Positions 15,780 to 27,621 of a stretch of 64,000 nucleotides of DNA are shown piece by piece. Below the pieces are notes generated by a model. The model ran no database searches and was not told the DNA's origin. It saw only the letters and a list, made by a program, of their open reading frames with translations. Source of the DNA: Pelomyxa schiedti (taxonomy: Eukaryota > Protista > Evosea); contig JAHLWZ010000814.1 in NCBI GenBank assembly GCA_020536535.1, forward strand, positions 1 through 64,000, given 5' to 3'. The translations under genes and the position numbers were made by a program. Each line of letters begins with the position of its first letter. The first letter of the stretch is position 1.

Positions 15780-16882
15780 TTAGTCCACTCTCGTGCAAAC
15801 AATCTCACAGTCCCATCGGCCATCATTCCCACGTGTTTGGCCCGTACATTGTTGGTTTTTGGTGTAGTGGTGCGGTATTTCTATTCTGTAGGCGTCACAA
15901 GCAATCACATGAACCCGTCTTTGCTGCAGTGTGTGGTAAGAAACTAGACTTTACCCGGTTACACACCTCGATGGTCTTGATTCCATGCTGCGGTTGGGTG
16001 TGCTTGCAGACTTGACACGCAGTCCAACGCTGAACGGGATAGTTGTGGGTAGTGAAATTGTCACACTGACAGGAAGTGCAAGGGAACAGGCCATATTTCA
16101 AGGGTGTTTCATTCGGCCATATTCCGGACCTACAAAAGCCTTCTATCTTGCATTTGCTTTAGATTGCGTGCCTGGAGGAAGTTAGGCAACTACCTCAAGC
16201 ATACGAGTTCTAAGATTGAAAGTGCCTCGCACCCACTCAGTCTCGCGAGAGCCAACTTTGTTTGTCAAGTAGGCATCCGGGGCTGGTGTCTTTGTCAATT
16301 GCCATTGGATCTCCCCTGTTCGCTATTTAGGAACCGCACAAGTAACAACGCATCATAGCTGAATAGCTCTACCTTTAGCTGTAAGTACTCCGTTTCCGTC
16401 TGGATTTTTATCCAGATCAATCAACCACCTATACCCAAACTCATAGCCACTTCCCCTCCACGTTCCGTCTAGGGTAAAGCTACGGTATTTCTAATAGACA
16501 CCTCGTTAATTTCCTTGAAAAAAAGCCACCCCCCCTTCCCACCAGATATATATATACATATATAAGCACAATACGCAAAATACCACACCGACGAGGTAGA
16601 AGCCACATCGCACCACGTGCGGCACACCAGCCGCGCCGACCGCATGTCCTCGGGCACCAAGTTGGAAACTATCACAGACACGATGTAGGGGTTCATAACC
16701 ACCAAGTCCCTGAGCTCGTCCGACGCCACCGCCGCGGCCTCGCACAGCGCCCCCGGCGGCGGCGCAACATCGAGTGCAGCAGCAGAAGAAGCGCCGGACA
16801 CACCACCAACGTCCACGGTCTCGAGCTCCCTGGTAGGTGCAGGCAACGTTGCGGTAGTCTCTTCGTGGGGCACGGAGGCCAT
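15780..16882 (-). CDS. F-box protein with C-terminal beta-rich domain containing a Cys/His insert
   Basis: F-box-like NPYIVSVIVSNLVPEDMRSARLVCRTWCDVASTSSVW. Spliced downstream exons give LDGTWRGSGYEFGYRW...GEIQWQLTKTP...TEWVRGTFNLRTRMLE|IEGF...CTSCQC...CQVCKH...H...VIACDAYRIEI...CTRVD*. Exon joins are inferred. Confidence 0.7.
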
Positions 16883-16921
16883 CGGTTTTTTTTTGTTTCT
16901 GTTGTTGTTTCGGTTATTGGA
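16883..16921. promoter_or_regulatory. 39-bp spacer between divergent ATGs (F-box gene / ADPRM), presumed bidirectional promoter region
   Basis: CAT at 16880-16882 and ATG at 16922-16924 are separated only by a T-rich 39-nt stretch. Confidence 0.5.
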
Positions 16922-18198
16922 ATGACAGAGGTGCGTGTTGGGATAATCTCGGACTTGCAGTACGCGGACGTGGAGGACGCAGACGGGAGGTGTCTGTCGG
17001 GCAAGCCGCGGCACTACCGCCAGTCGCTGGCCAAGGCGGCCGCGGCCATGCGCGAGTTCGAGGCGGTGGGGTGCTGCCTGGCGGTCAACCTGGGCGACTC
17101 GGTGGACCGCCAGGCTGAGGGCCGCGCAGACCTGCTCGACCGACTGCTCGCGGCCCTGCGCCCTCCTCCTCCTCCCTCGCGCGACTCGCGTGACCTGCCC
17201 GTCCTGCACTTGGTCGGCAACCACGAGCTCAGCACGTTCCCGCGGCCGCAGCTGCTGGAAATGCTGGGGTGGAGGGGGGCACCGCCTTGCGCCACGAGTG
17301 GTACCTCATCCACCGAGTACGTGGAAGCCACGAGAACAGGAACAGGAACAGAACCCGGGACTGGGAGCGGAACGGAAACGGGAATGAGAAGTGGGGAGCG
17401 GGAGGGTGTGATTCTGGGCGAGGAGGAGGATGCGGCTTATGGGTGCTTCCCAATGTGTGAATCGTGGAGTGCCATTGTGTTGGATACATACGACTTGGCT
17501 GTGGCCCCTACTGCCTATCCACCAGGTCAGCTTTGCTTTCTAATGTACAAACTTCACTACTATATCTCATCCCTCCAAACGCCAAAACTTTTCTTATCGT
17601 ACTACAATTTGGGATCACAAGCATAATATTCTTGTAATGTGTAATGCTTGGAAAAACCTCATCACCCAGGTCACCCAAAGAGAAATGAGTCCGTGGCAAT
17701 GTTCAAAGCAGGATACGCAATCTTGGATTCTTGCTTCACCCTCCACCCAGAGATCAACGGCGGAGTGGGAAGCAAGCAGCTGGAGTGGCTCGGCCGGGTA
17801 CTCATTCATTTGCGTGCAGCCCGCCGGCGGGCCGTTGTGTTCACACACGCCCCTCTGTTCCTTGGAATCACAATGTACCATGACGCCGCCTGTTGGAATC
17901 GCAAGGCAGTGTGCCTCGTTCTGAAGGAGTTCCTTGATGTCGTTGCACTGTGTGTGTCTGGACATGACCACTTTGGTGGTGCTGGCAAGGATGAATTTGG
18001 GATTAACCACGTAGTCATTGAGGCTGCTGGTACTGCACCCAACCCACAAATATATATTCTAATCACAACACAGTGGAATCTGGTCTCAGGGAAGATGCCC
18101 ACGCAATATTGCACCTCCCACTCCCCAATCAAGGTGATGTGATAACAATCACAAGCACAGGGCATGTAAGACCGAGGTGTTTTAAATTGGGATTGTGA
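16922..18198 (+). CDS. ADPRM: Manganese-dependent ADP-ribose/CDP-alcohol diphosphatase (calcineurin-like metallophosphoesterase)
   Basis: Metallophosphoesterase motifs GIISDLQYAD, RHYRQSL, NLGDSVD, LVGNHE, VLDTYD, INGGVGSKQLEWL, FTHAP, SGHDHFGG. The SDLQYAD/NGG signature is typical of ADPRM. Confidence 0.88.
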
Positions 18199-18358
18199 GG
18201 GTAATCTATCAGCTATGTCTAAAATAATACGCTTGGGCTTTCTGTTTTCACTCTACACAAGACCAGCTGCTGGCCAGTTCCTTGCCCAAGAACCCAAAAC
18301 GAGCAACCAAATAAATTTGTGTAATTTGTTGTTGCAGCTTCCCTTAGAACACTTCAAC

Positions 18359-19723
18359 TCAGTGTCCTCTGCCTTTCTTTTTGCGAGAACCAGTCGGTGC
18401 AGAGGTAGCTGCTGATGCTGAGGTTGATGTTGATGTTGAGGCTGATGCTGATGCTGATGTTGATGTTGATGTTGATGCTGATGTGGTTGGTGGAGCCACT
18501 GCCGGAGCTGGTGTTGTTGATGCTGATGTTGATGTAGGTGTTGCTGTTGTTGGGTTTTGTTTTCCTGCTGGAGGGAGAATGCGGTTAGAGGCACTGTCAA
18601 ATACAAGAATTTGTCTTGGCTGTGCTTTGAACATTTCAGCTAAGGACTTGTATCCAAATTTCTCTGGGGCAAGGTTTGCCTTGTCCCGTAGAACGCCAGC
18701 GGCAATAAGAATATCGGGTAGATCATCTAGGGAGATTCCGGAGCTGTGGGTTTTCAGAAGGTCCGAAATTGTCTACAATGTGTTATGAAAGTGGAGATGC
18801 TACTATAGAGGTACCAAAAGAAGTAGATTCTTTCTCTTGTGTTGGCGTTCAAGTTCTGCTTTTTCTTCTTCAGTCAATTCGTCGCTCTCATCACTGTCGT
18901 CGTCTTCGCTATCATCACTTCCCTCCTCACTGTCATCATCTTCACTCTCTTCACTTTTCTTCACAGGTTTTGAGTCTGACTTGGCGGCACTAGCTGAAGG
19001 TGGAGGGGTGGAAGCAGCAGGTTTGGAAGGTGTCGCAGCTGCGCCTGTAGCAGCAGCGGGTTTAGATACTTTTGCCGGTGCAGGAAATTTCATCTTAGCT
19101 TGTTCCTGAGAGAAAATGACGAGCCTTGTTGTGAGTTCCTCCTTGCTTCCCTTCTTGCCCAAACCACGCTTTACACACTCCTCTGCAAGTTCTGTCCGAC
19201 TTAAATCGCCCCACTTCAGCACCGGGAACTTCCTGCAGTAACACCCAATTGTCAGTTCTCCCCCCTTCAATCCTTTTCGTAATACATTCATTACTCACGT
19301 TGTAGCAGGATCCACAGCCGGGGTCGAAGTGACAGCACTGGAAGCTGGCTTCGTTGCACTCGATGTGGTAGCAGCACTAGAAGTGGTAGTAGAAGGTTGT
19401 GCAGCAGTAGTAGTTGCAGTAGCGGCATTCGTGCGCTCGAATTCCTCAAGTTCAGCTTGATGCCTGGACAACAGTTCGTCGTATTTTACTTGGGCTGCAT
19501 CTCTCAAAGCTCCCTTTTCGAGTCCAAACTCTACAGTAAGTACACACCGAAACAATGAATGGTGAACTGAAAAAGGAAGCAAAAAAAAAAAAAAAAAAAC
19601 CACTCAATATTGAGTGTAGGCAAACAACAGACACAGTTTTGAATTTACCTTCTTCCTCTTGAGGTCTTTCAACGCTGCACGTTGCTCCTCACTGTGCCGG
19701 TGCAACAGCTTCACTCGGTCCAT
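18359..19723 (-). CDS. Protein with OTUD6-like N-terminal helix, SAP domain, acidic linker and probable LOTUS/OST-HTH domain
   Basis: MDRVKLLHRHSEEQRAALKDLKRKK...KYDELLSRHQAELEEF; SAP WGDLSRTELAEECVKRGLGKKGSKEELTTRL; LOTUS-like ISDLLKTHSSGISLDDLPDIL...PEKFGYKSLAEMFKAQP; basic C-terminus RKKKGRGH*. Confidence 0.75.
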
Positions 19724-20206
19724 TCCTGTAGAGGAAGAAAACGATCTTTCTCCGGGATAACCAGGGGCTAACAGATTCGATTTTGTACCAATCCATTCAA
19801 ACCTCACTCACACTGCCACTATCCGCCGGGCCCCACGGAAGCCGAGACACCACCGGAGTTCCGGACGTCGACTCAGTCGACAATCACACCCACATTCCGC
19901 AGAAGCTTCGCACCCGTTTTGAACGCCGAAAATGCAGAATCAAAGGAGGGTGATTGGAGTGATTGTTACCTAACTTCCTTTTTTTTGTTCTTGTTCTCTT
20001 GGGGGTTAGTGCCGTAGATTCGGCAACACATCTCCTGCGTGGGACTCCCAAGACAACAAGGGAACAGGACGGGCGTGACGGCCCACAGTTCGGCGTTCGT
20101 TGTGGCTGGTGCCACAAGGAGGGAAAAAAAACGAAATCCTTCGAAGAAGAGATCTCTCCTGAGGCTGCACTGATTCCTTTGGAAAAAGTCGAAGGTGCTC
20201 GCAGTT

Positions 20207-23200
20207 ATGTCGTCGTCCACAACGTCGCCGCCTGTAGCGTCGATTTCTGGAAACACGATGGGGAATGCCCTTTCAGCTGAAGAAACCGCCCTGCCGTTTG
20301 TAGATAGGAACATAGAGATAGAGCTTTTGATTCGCTGGGCGCGCTTCAATGCATGCAATAGAACGTCACTCAAACCCACCACTCTTTTTTCTTCGCAACT
20401 ATTTGGGTCTGGCAAGACATATTTTGCACACAATGCGATTGGCTACTTGAGGAAAGACTTCGCCTCTCGTGGCCCAATCACAACTGTATGCATAACAATT
20501 TGTCCTTTTTTCCTTTTTTTTTTTTTTTTTTTTGCTTATAAGTCATTTCACATTTAAAACAAAAACAAAAAAGAGCTTGATATGCCCTGGTGCCGTTGCT
20601 CCAGAAGATGACAGATGTGACTTATCATTGCTGCGAAATCAACCTAGTTCTCCATTCACTGAAGAGCTGGTGTCACAATATGCAAACTCGGGAACGGTGA
20701 TCGTCGATGTGTCGCGGATGGAATCACTCCCTGGTGCTACCTTTGATACTGTTCTTGTGTACTACATAGCCTCTAAGGTAACTGGTCGGGACCCGGCAGC
20801 CCTTTTCAGGGAACATTATTGCGATACTCTGGCCCAACTTCACGAGGTTAGGTCTCCAACGGAAATCAAGACTAAAAAAACCCCCAAAAACAAAAGAAAA
20901 TGCAGGCCATTAAGGAGGGATATTGGTTCATCTGTTTTGATGAAATTGGTGCACTTGAAGACAAGGCAATCCAACGCCACTTTTCGCTTGAGGAGTTTAA
21001 CTGCTATTCGCCCCTGTTGACGTTTCTACAAAAGCTCCTCGATGTATCTGATTACAAGGTAGTAGCGCAATATTAATTCCTTGTATGGGAAGAGCATAGT
21101 TTTCATCAAGTTAAACAATTAGATCTTTTTCTTCCTCTGTGGCCGCTCTTGGAAGCTCATACAAATCACTCTTGGAAAGACTCTCAATTCCCCTGTTAGG
21201 CTCCGTTACTTGGCACTGGGTGCATTAAGTGTATGTTATGCTTCGTCTAGGTGTATGCTAACAAACCCCAGGTGAAAGACATTGAAACCATTTTACGTGC
21301 CAGTCCAATTTGTGTCTATATCAAAGAAGACGAGTTCACTTCGATTTCACAGACCCTCTTCAATTTGAGTGGTGGCGTACCGCGCTTCATTCAGCTGATG
21401 TATCTCGCCTTATTGGCTGATGCACGTAACCGGGGAAGGTCTTCAGTGACACAGATATTACTGTCTGCTAAGGAAGTTGAGGCCAAGTTGCACCCATCCT
21501 CCAAATTTGGCGGTGATATAATGGATAACACCTCTCTGGTGACTGACACAGTAAGCAGTAGCGCATCTCAAGAAGAGCTCGCTATGCACGAGACAACGCT
21601 ACTACGCCTCTGTATGAGAGAGATGCCTTCGATTCTCGTTAACATTTACTCCTCTTCACTTCACAGATATTTTGGGTGCCTTGATACCTTCACGTGAAGT
21701 CGTCAGTATTTTGAGTGTTTTTCCGTGCTATATTACTCCTGTTGGGGATGCCTTTAAACCAATCTTTTCCCCCTACTGGATTGAAAAAATGAAAAGCCGA
21801 GACCATATATCTGTTCCAGCTTTAAATCTCTCGAGCTTGCTGAAGACCGCCCCACCCGCACTTGATCAAGGGAGGATATTCGAGCTACTTGGTGCTGAAG
21901 TGATATCTTCCCGACTCCTTTTGGCACAACAACGCACATTTGGAGGTGCACTCTCCTTTCTTCAGGATACTGTATTGGGAGGAGTGCACATTAGTGAACG
22001 CGCAAGTCCCGACTCCCCAGTTTTATTTCCGTTGGGTGTTGTTCCCAGCCTTAATGTATGCACTACACCTGGCGAGCCCACAGAGCATTCCTTCAATGCC
22101 GAAGACTGGGACTTGTTCATCACCCACCTTGAACAAAACTGGATAAATCACATCGCACTTGCTTCATCAGCTCCATCACATGGCCCAGACTTGCTGATTC
22201 CCCTGGCTTGCTGCCCAGATGGAAATAACGTCCTGTTCGGCGATGAAGCCCGTAAAATCACGCACATTGTGGAGTTTGCATTCAAGAATATCCAAGGAGG
22301 CGTCGCTGACGCCAAGGATATGCAGTCCTGGTCTCATATCCGCAAAGAGGTTGCAAAATGTCTGGATGCCCCAAGGAAATGTGGTGCCAAGACATCAGGA
22401 GTCCACTTTACCCTGGTGTTCATTTCTACTGAACTTACCTCAGCTGTCTTCAAGGTTATTCAACGTTATCAAAGCCCCGCGCTTGTTCTCAGAAGCACCG
22501 ACGATGGGAGGAAATGGAGAGTTTCTGGCTCGGTACACAGTTTGTATGTAAGCACCATTCTTACACTCATCAGGAATTGGTTGAAGTGTCATATGAAGAA
22601 GCTCATTTGACATCGCGATACCGTCGAACTGTGAGTTGGTTATTCTTGGAGCCTCCGCTGTCGAAACACTATTTGGTGAAGAACTTATCGAGAGCTTGAA
22701 ACGGCATTTCAAGGGAGCCAGTATTGAGGACTATTTTGAGAGCCTCAAACACATAAACCCACATATGCTGAACCTTGGTGAAGGTACAAAAGAACTACTG
22801 GAAGAACTTTTCTCAAAGTCCTCAAATACAGTTGTGAGGAAACGTCCGCCACCGTCTCATGATCTCTGCCAGCCCCTTCCAAAAGTTTCCAGAGCAGGTG
22901 TGCCAACAAGATGTAACAAGCAATTAACACTAACAGGGATAAACAAAGTGGAGTGTCTGGCACGATGCCTGCCATCTCTCCAGGATACAACCCAGCTTGC
23001 TCGTCTAACTGGTTTCATTGAGGAAACTCCCGAGCTTAAGTTTTTCGCTGAAAATGCACCTATTACCCCAGGAAAGGCCCAAGAGTTGCTCGTTAACGCC
23101 ACAATGAAAAAAGCCGAGACAGAGGTTCGAACTTATTTCCGTTCAATCTTAATGATTTTCTAGGTTACTAGAGTCAAAGCAATGTTGCAGCAGTACTTGA

Positions 23201-23349
23201 CTACCTTGGAGACAAACAAAAAAGTCGTAGAAGACTGTATCGCATTTCTGGAAATATGTCCGTTAAACTATCAAGTGTTGCATGCCTTGTCACGTGTCTC
23301 CCAGCCAATAACAGCCATACCAGTAATTCAGACACTGATGAGCCAATAG
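20207..23349 (+). CDS. Crinkler-like P-loop NTPase fused to a PD-(D/E)xK-like nuclease fold, with a helical C-terminus
   Basis: LPFVDR...Walker A FSSQLFGSGKT, Walker B WFICFDEIG, STAND-like SGGVPR helix, then GRIFE...HGPDLLIP...IVEFAFKN. Start uncertain (possible upstream exon). TAG ends at 23349. Confidence 0.7.
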
Positions 23350-23468
23350 CCCAGTTCTTTCACGCCAATCCTTCTTGATTTTACCATCACGAAAACTGAA
23401 TGAATTCAATCTTAAACTTTTTCCTTACGGATTACGCAAAACCATTTATGAATAGAGGAGGGTTTTCT

Positions 23469-25069
23469 TTAGGTGAGTGGAGGAAAAAGGTGCATTTGGA
23501 TGTAGTAGTGGAGTTGCTCCAGTACCAATTCCTGTGTTATAGCTGGCTTGGTATATGCAAACCCAGTGGATTCTATCCTGGAACCATCAACACACAGGTG
23601 CCAGTGTGATAGGTGATCCGCATCAGAGAAGGGTGAGAGTGGTGTATTGGTAATTCCGGCTTGCTGTCATGGAGAAGTATCCCATTGTTAGCATTGCGAG
23701 GGGAAAAGGAGTGCTTACAGAACACAGATCAACCCATGGCTGCATGTGCTTCGTGTTTATATCTTCGATAGCGGAGCCTGGATAAAGCTGCATACAGGAT
23801 TGAGAAGAGGCCATGACAAGAGGAGAAATGGAAGAGACTACCATAGTAAAATTTGACCAGAAGGCGCCCCAAAATCCGGTCTTTATTCCAAAGATCCTTT
23901 CAACGAGCATATTTATGCACTGCTGATCTAGCTAATTATTTACTTCATGCATTACCTTGAATTTTAGTATACCAGTGGAACTTACCGGTATTTCCTTTGT
24001 CACACAGATTGAAAACAGAACCAACCGGCAGTAATGTAGCAGCGTGCCACATCGCCAGGCAGACGTCTGAAACGTGTACGGTGTTCATCTTCAAATCTGG
24101 TGTCTACTTGGTTATAGATGAGGTCAGAAAGAAGGTAAACACACAAACAAAGTCTTCATTCTTTCATTTAGATGCTTGTAGACAGCACCGCAAATAAGGC
24201 GTCTTTCTGATACTAATGTAAGAACTAAGAGAAAAAAAAAAGGTACGAACCAATGCCACCAGTCATGTCCCCGGGCCCGTAAATTATGGCTGGCCGCAAT
24301 ATTATAACGGGAAGACTTAACAAGCAATCAGTAAGTAAATTTGGCTTTACTTTGATGGAGTTCGTAGGCTACTTGGGAATTGTGCGGAGTTCCTTTTCTG
24401 TTTGTACAAAAGACTTTGCGAGAGCTGTCCATGGGGCGAGCTTGTCATCCTCTCTGTGTGGCCGGTTGTCTGGAGAATAAATTTCACCAGTGGATAGCAG
24501 TATGAATTTGTCAACCTTTGAAACTGTGAGCAGGCAGAGAATTTGAATAAAACTCACCTGCCTTGTTGCCGCCTCCCGAGCAAAACGTATGCATGGTACA
24601 TGCGTGTTGGCGTAATAAATTGACTCCTCCAAGCCAAGGCGTGTGTCAGCAGCACAATTAAATACGTAGTTGAACTTCAGTCCCCCACTTAAATTAAACA
24701 CAGGTGCAATGAATTCTGTACCCAAACTGATTAACATAATAAAAAGTCAATTGAGTCGTGACTGCCAGTGGGCCCACAATGCGAATCGTAATCGTGCGAG
24801 GCATCCCACAATAAACAATCAATCATTCATCGATCAGCAGGGCATTACTCACCCTCACACCGCAAGTCCGCATGCAGGAATTCGCACACGGGATCCCGCA
24901 TTGCAGCAGCGTGGGCGTCCGACAAATAGGCCAAATGCGGGGGCACTTTGTCCACGACCCTGACCAGTCCGCACATCCCCCCGCTCACCAACATATGCAC
25001 CAAATTGCGCCCCACGAACCCAGTGCCCCCCAGAACCAGCACGTTGGGCTTCGCAATCGTAGCAGCCAT
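23469..25069 (-). CDS. NAD-dependent epimerase/dehydratase (extended SDR)
   Basis: Rossmann VLVLGGTGFVGRNLV, VFNCAA, FILLSTGEIY, LRPAIIYGPG, MNTVHVSDV. Ends ...HLFPPLT* at 23469. Confidence 0.88.
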
Positions 25070-25407
25070 GGTTTTCGTGAAAAGTGGTGAACGGGGAGCT
25101 TCCCGCTTACCTGAAAAAACTCGCAGGCTTGATTCTAACCTCTTCGAAGACCCTCAAGCGGGTCAACAGAGGATCGCCCCTGCCGATTGATTGGAGCCCA
25201 TGGTGGGTTGCCTCTAAAGGAAGCTGCAAGGAATCTCCCCAATCTTTTTCCTTGAACTGCCCACCAGGACTTTAGGTAATAAAGTACCACCACTTGTTGG
25301 GGATTCGCCCTGCCGTGCCGCCCGGTATCGTCACGACTGCACTAGGGACCAACAACAACAACAACAACTACCAACCAACCAACGCCACCAACGAACAGTT
25401 CGGAACT

Positions 25408-26437
25408 ATGGCAGCGGCAGCAGACCCCAACGTCGTGGAGATCATGCTGATCGGGGAGCCCAACGTGGGCAAGACGTCGCTCACGCGGTGCTTCATGCTG
25501 GGCCGGCCCAGCGTCGTGGGCGGCGTGGCCGGCGGCGGCGTCGACACGAGCGGGGGAGGGATGCCCGAGCGCGACTCGGAGGGATTTTACTCCAAGCCCA
25601 GGAAATTAGGCAAGAGGAATGTTGACATCAAGGTTGGTTGCGTCGTTGTTTTATGTTGAAAATGTTTTTGCTTTCTTTCTTTGTTTCTTTGTTTCTTGTC
25701 TCATAAATTGTTTGGGTTTTGTGAAGGGTAGAAGTAGATATGTGTAAGTGTTAATAGGATTTCTCGATGTTATTATGTTATTATGTTATTATTATATTAT
25801 ATCTGGAATAGTAGTGTTGGAATGAACTGTGTCTGAATACCTTGGAATATAGGTGTGGGACTCTGCTGGTGAAGAGAAATTCGCACATATTACGGTCTCT
25901 ATCTTTAAGAAATGCAAAGGTAATGTGCATTTGAAGGGACAAACTCTTAATTTACCAACTCCCCTAGGTTGTATTGTTGTCTATGATGTTACTGATGCTG
26001 AGTCACTCCGAGGAGCAAAAGGGTGGTACTCCCAGTTTGTACGGTTCAGTGAGCCATCTGCTTCAGAAGGGCCCCCAATACCCATCGTTTCTTACCTTGT
26101 CGGAAACAAAAAGGACCTTCCCAGAACTGTGCCAAAGGCGGATGCAGAGCAAGTAGCACGAGATATGGGAGCAGCCTATTATGAGGTAAACTCACTCTTA
26201 TTACTAGTTGTTGCTTAGACAATTTTTTTCAAACTACAGACTTCTGCCCTTTCTGGAGAAAGTGTACTGGACATATTTGAGGAAATGATCCCAGTTGTCC
26301 ATTCCAATGTAACCACAGCAATTGCACAACTCGAAGAATCTCAGCGGCTGGCAGCAAAGAAAGCTCATGACCGTGCAAAAGACCCTCACAAGCCAAAGCC
26401 AATGAAGGGCAAAGGTAGTGGCTGCCTCCTCCTGTAA
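25408..26437 (+). CDS. Divergent Rab/Ras-superfamily small GTPase with CaaL C-terminus
   Basis: G1 GEPNVGKTS, G3 WDSAGEE, G4 GNKKDL, G5 ETSALSG, C-terminus GSGCLLL*. Three introns. Confidence 0.9.
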
Positions 26438-26674
26438 AAATTTTGTTATTTGAAAAAACCTTTTCCATGTCCCTCTGTATGATGGCACCGTTTGAAGGAA
26501 ATAATAAACAGAAAGAGTGGCAGTAGAAAAACTATTTCTATTTTACTGCAGTTCCACATATGTGAGTAAGGTGGCTGGCTCAGGGAATGGACTCTGTTCT
26601 GGCACAGTGACAGTCAAATAGCCCACTTTGGTAGTAGTTTTAACAACCACGCATGGCATTCCCCTCACTTTTTT

Positions 26675-27478
26675 TTATAAGTTCTTTTTCTTTGGAGCCA
26701 ACATGATCTTCTTCCCGCCAGGCGTTTTCATTGGTTTTGGCTTTGGCTTTGCTTTCGCGCTGCCCTTCTTCTTTCTAGCCCCGCCGCCATTACCAGAATC
26801 GCCCCCCAGCTGCGGAAAAACCGGCTTCCTCACAGAATCCCTCCCCCCTGCTCCAGAACCAGAGCCACCGCCAGATGACGTCCTCCTCTTTTTCGTGGGA
26901 GTAAGCTGCCTCTGCCCCTCCTCCTCTTCCTCGTGGTCACTGCCGTCGTCGTCACCCCCGCGGGCCCCCCTGCCTTTTGCTGACTTGGCCATTTCCCTGG
27001 CGGCGGGGGACATCGAGGAGTCGTCGCGGGAGCGCTTGCGGCCGGCGGCCTTGGCGGGCACCTCGACGCCCTCGGGCAGCACGGAGCTCAGCAGGTCCTC
27101 CGCCTTGGTCTCCTTGATGCGCTTGATCAGCTTGCGGTGCCTGTCCTTGAGCTTGCGGCGCAGCCTCTGGCCCTTGGCCAGCCGCCGCCGCCCCGCCTCG
27201 TCCGCGTCCCGCAGCCCCCGCGTCTCGTCGCTGATCGCCCGCGCCACCACCCGCGAGATCGACCGCTCCGTCGCCGCCCGCTGCTGCTCGTCCCAGCCCG
27301 CCGTCTGCTCGCGCCTCTGGTTCCGCCCCGCACGCTCCTGGTTGATGGCCTGCGCCTGCGTGGGCTTCTTCACCGTCACCACCTTGGGCTTGGCCTTGGT
27401 GCTGAGGCCATCAGTCTTGTTTGTTGTTGCACCTGTGGACTTCTTCTTGCTCGTCGTAGTAGTCGTTGCGTGCTTCAT
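26675..27478 (-). CDS. Intronless Lys/Arg-rich hypothetical protein (267 aa), possibly nucleolar
   Basis: Uninterrupted ATG-to-stop ORF with GC-rich codon usage, a helical core (RLRRKLKDRHRKLIKRIKE) and NLS-like clusters (PTKKRR, RKKK). No family recognised. Confidence 0.7.
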   Translation of the reverse strand: MKHATTTTTSKKKSTGATTNKTDGLSTKAKPKVVTVKKPTQAQAINQERAGRNQRREQTAGWDEQQRAATERSISRVVARAISDETRGLRDADEAGRRRLAKGQRLRRKLKDRHRKLIKRIKETKAEDLLSSVLPEGVEVPAKAAGRKRSRDDSSMSPAAREMAKSAKGRGARGGDDDGSDHEEEEEGQRQLTPTKKRRTSSGGGSGSGAGGRDSVRKPVFPQLGGDSGNGGGARKKKGSAKAKPKPKPMKTPGGKKIMLAPKKKNL

Positions 27479-27621
27479 CGTCGGTAGTCGGCGGGCCTAT
27501 CGATAGAGATCGGGCGGCGGCAAATTACACAACGCAACTGCGGTTGTTTTTTGTTTGGTTTTTTATTGTTTCTTGGAAAGTTAAAACAATTCTGATGAAC
27601 ACGAAGATGTCTTTTGGCCTA

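Noticed and set aside
19853-19881. Two short inverted repeats (ccggagttccgg; gtcgactcagtcgac) in the divergent spacer
   Set aside because: Stems of only 4-6 bp are expected by chance in GC-rich sequence; there is no tRNA or ncRNA structure.
19963-20280. ORF with an apparent signal peptide (MLPNFLFFVLVLLGVSA) upstream of the NTPase
   Set aside because: It starts at a non-ATG codon, and the hydrophobic stretch is a polypyrimidine tract. It may contain an upstream exon, but no in-frame join to the NTPase could be established.
26628-27506. 292-aa plus-strand ORF
   Set aside because: Antisense shadow of the GC-rich K/R-rich minus-strand gene; no coherent protein features.
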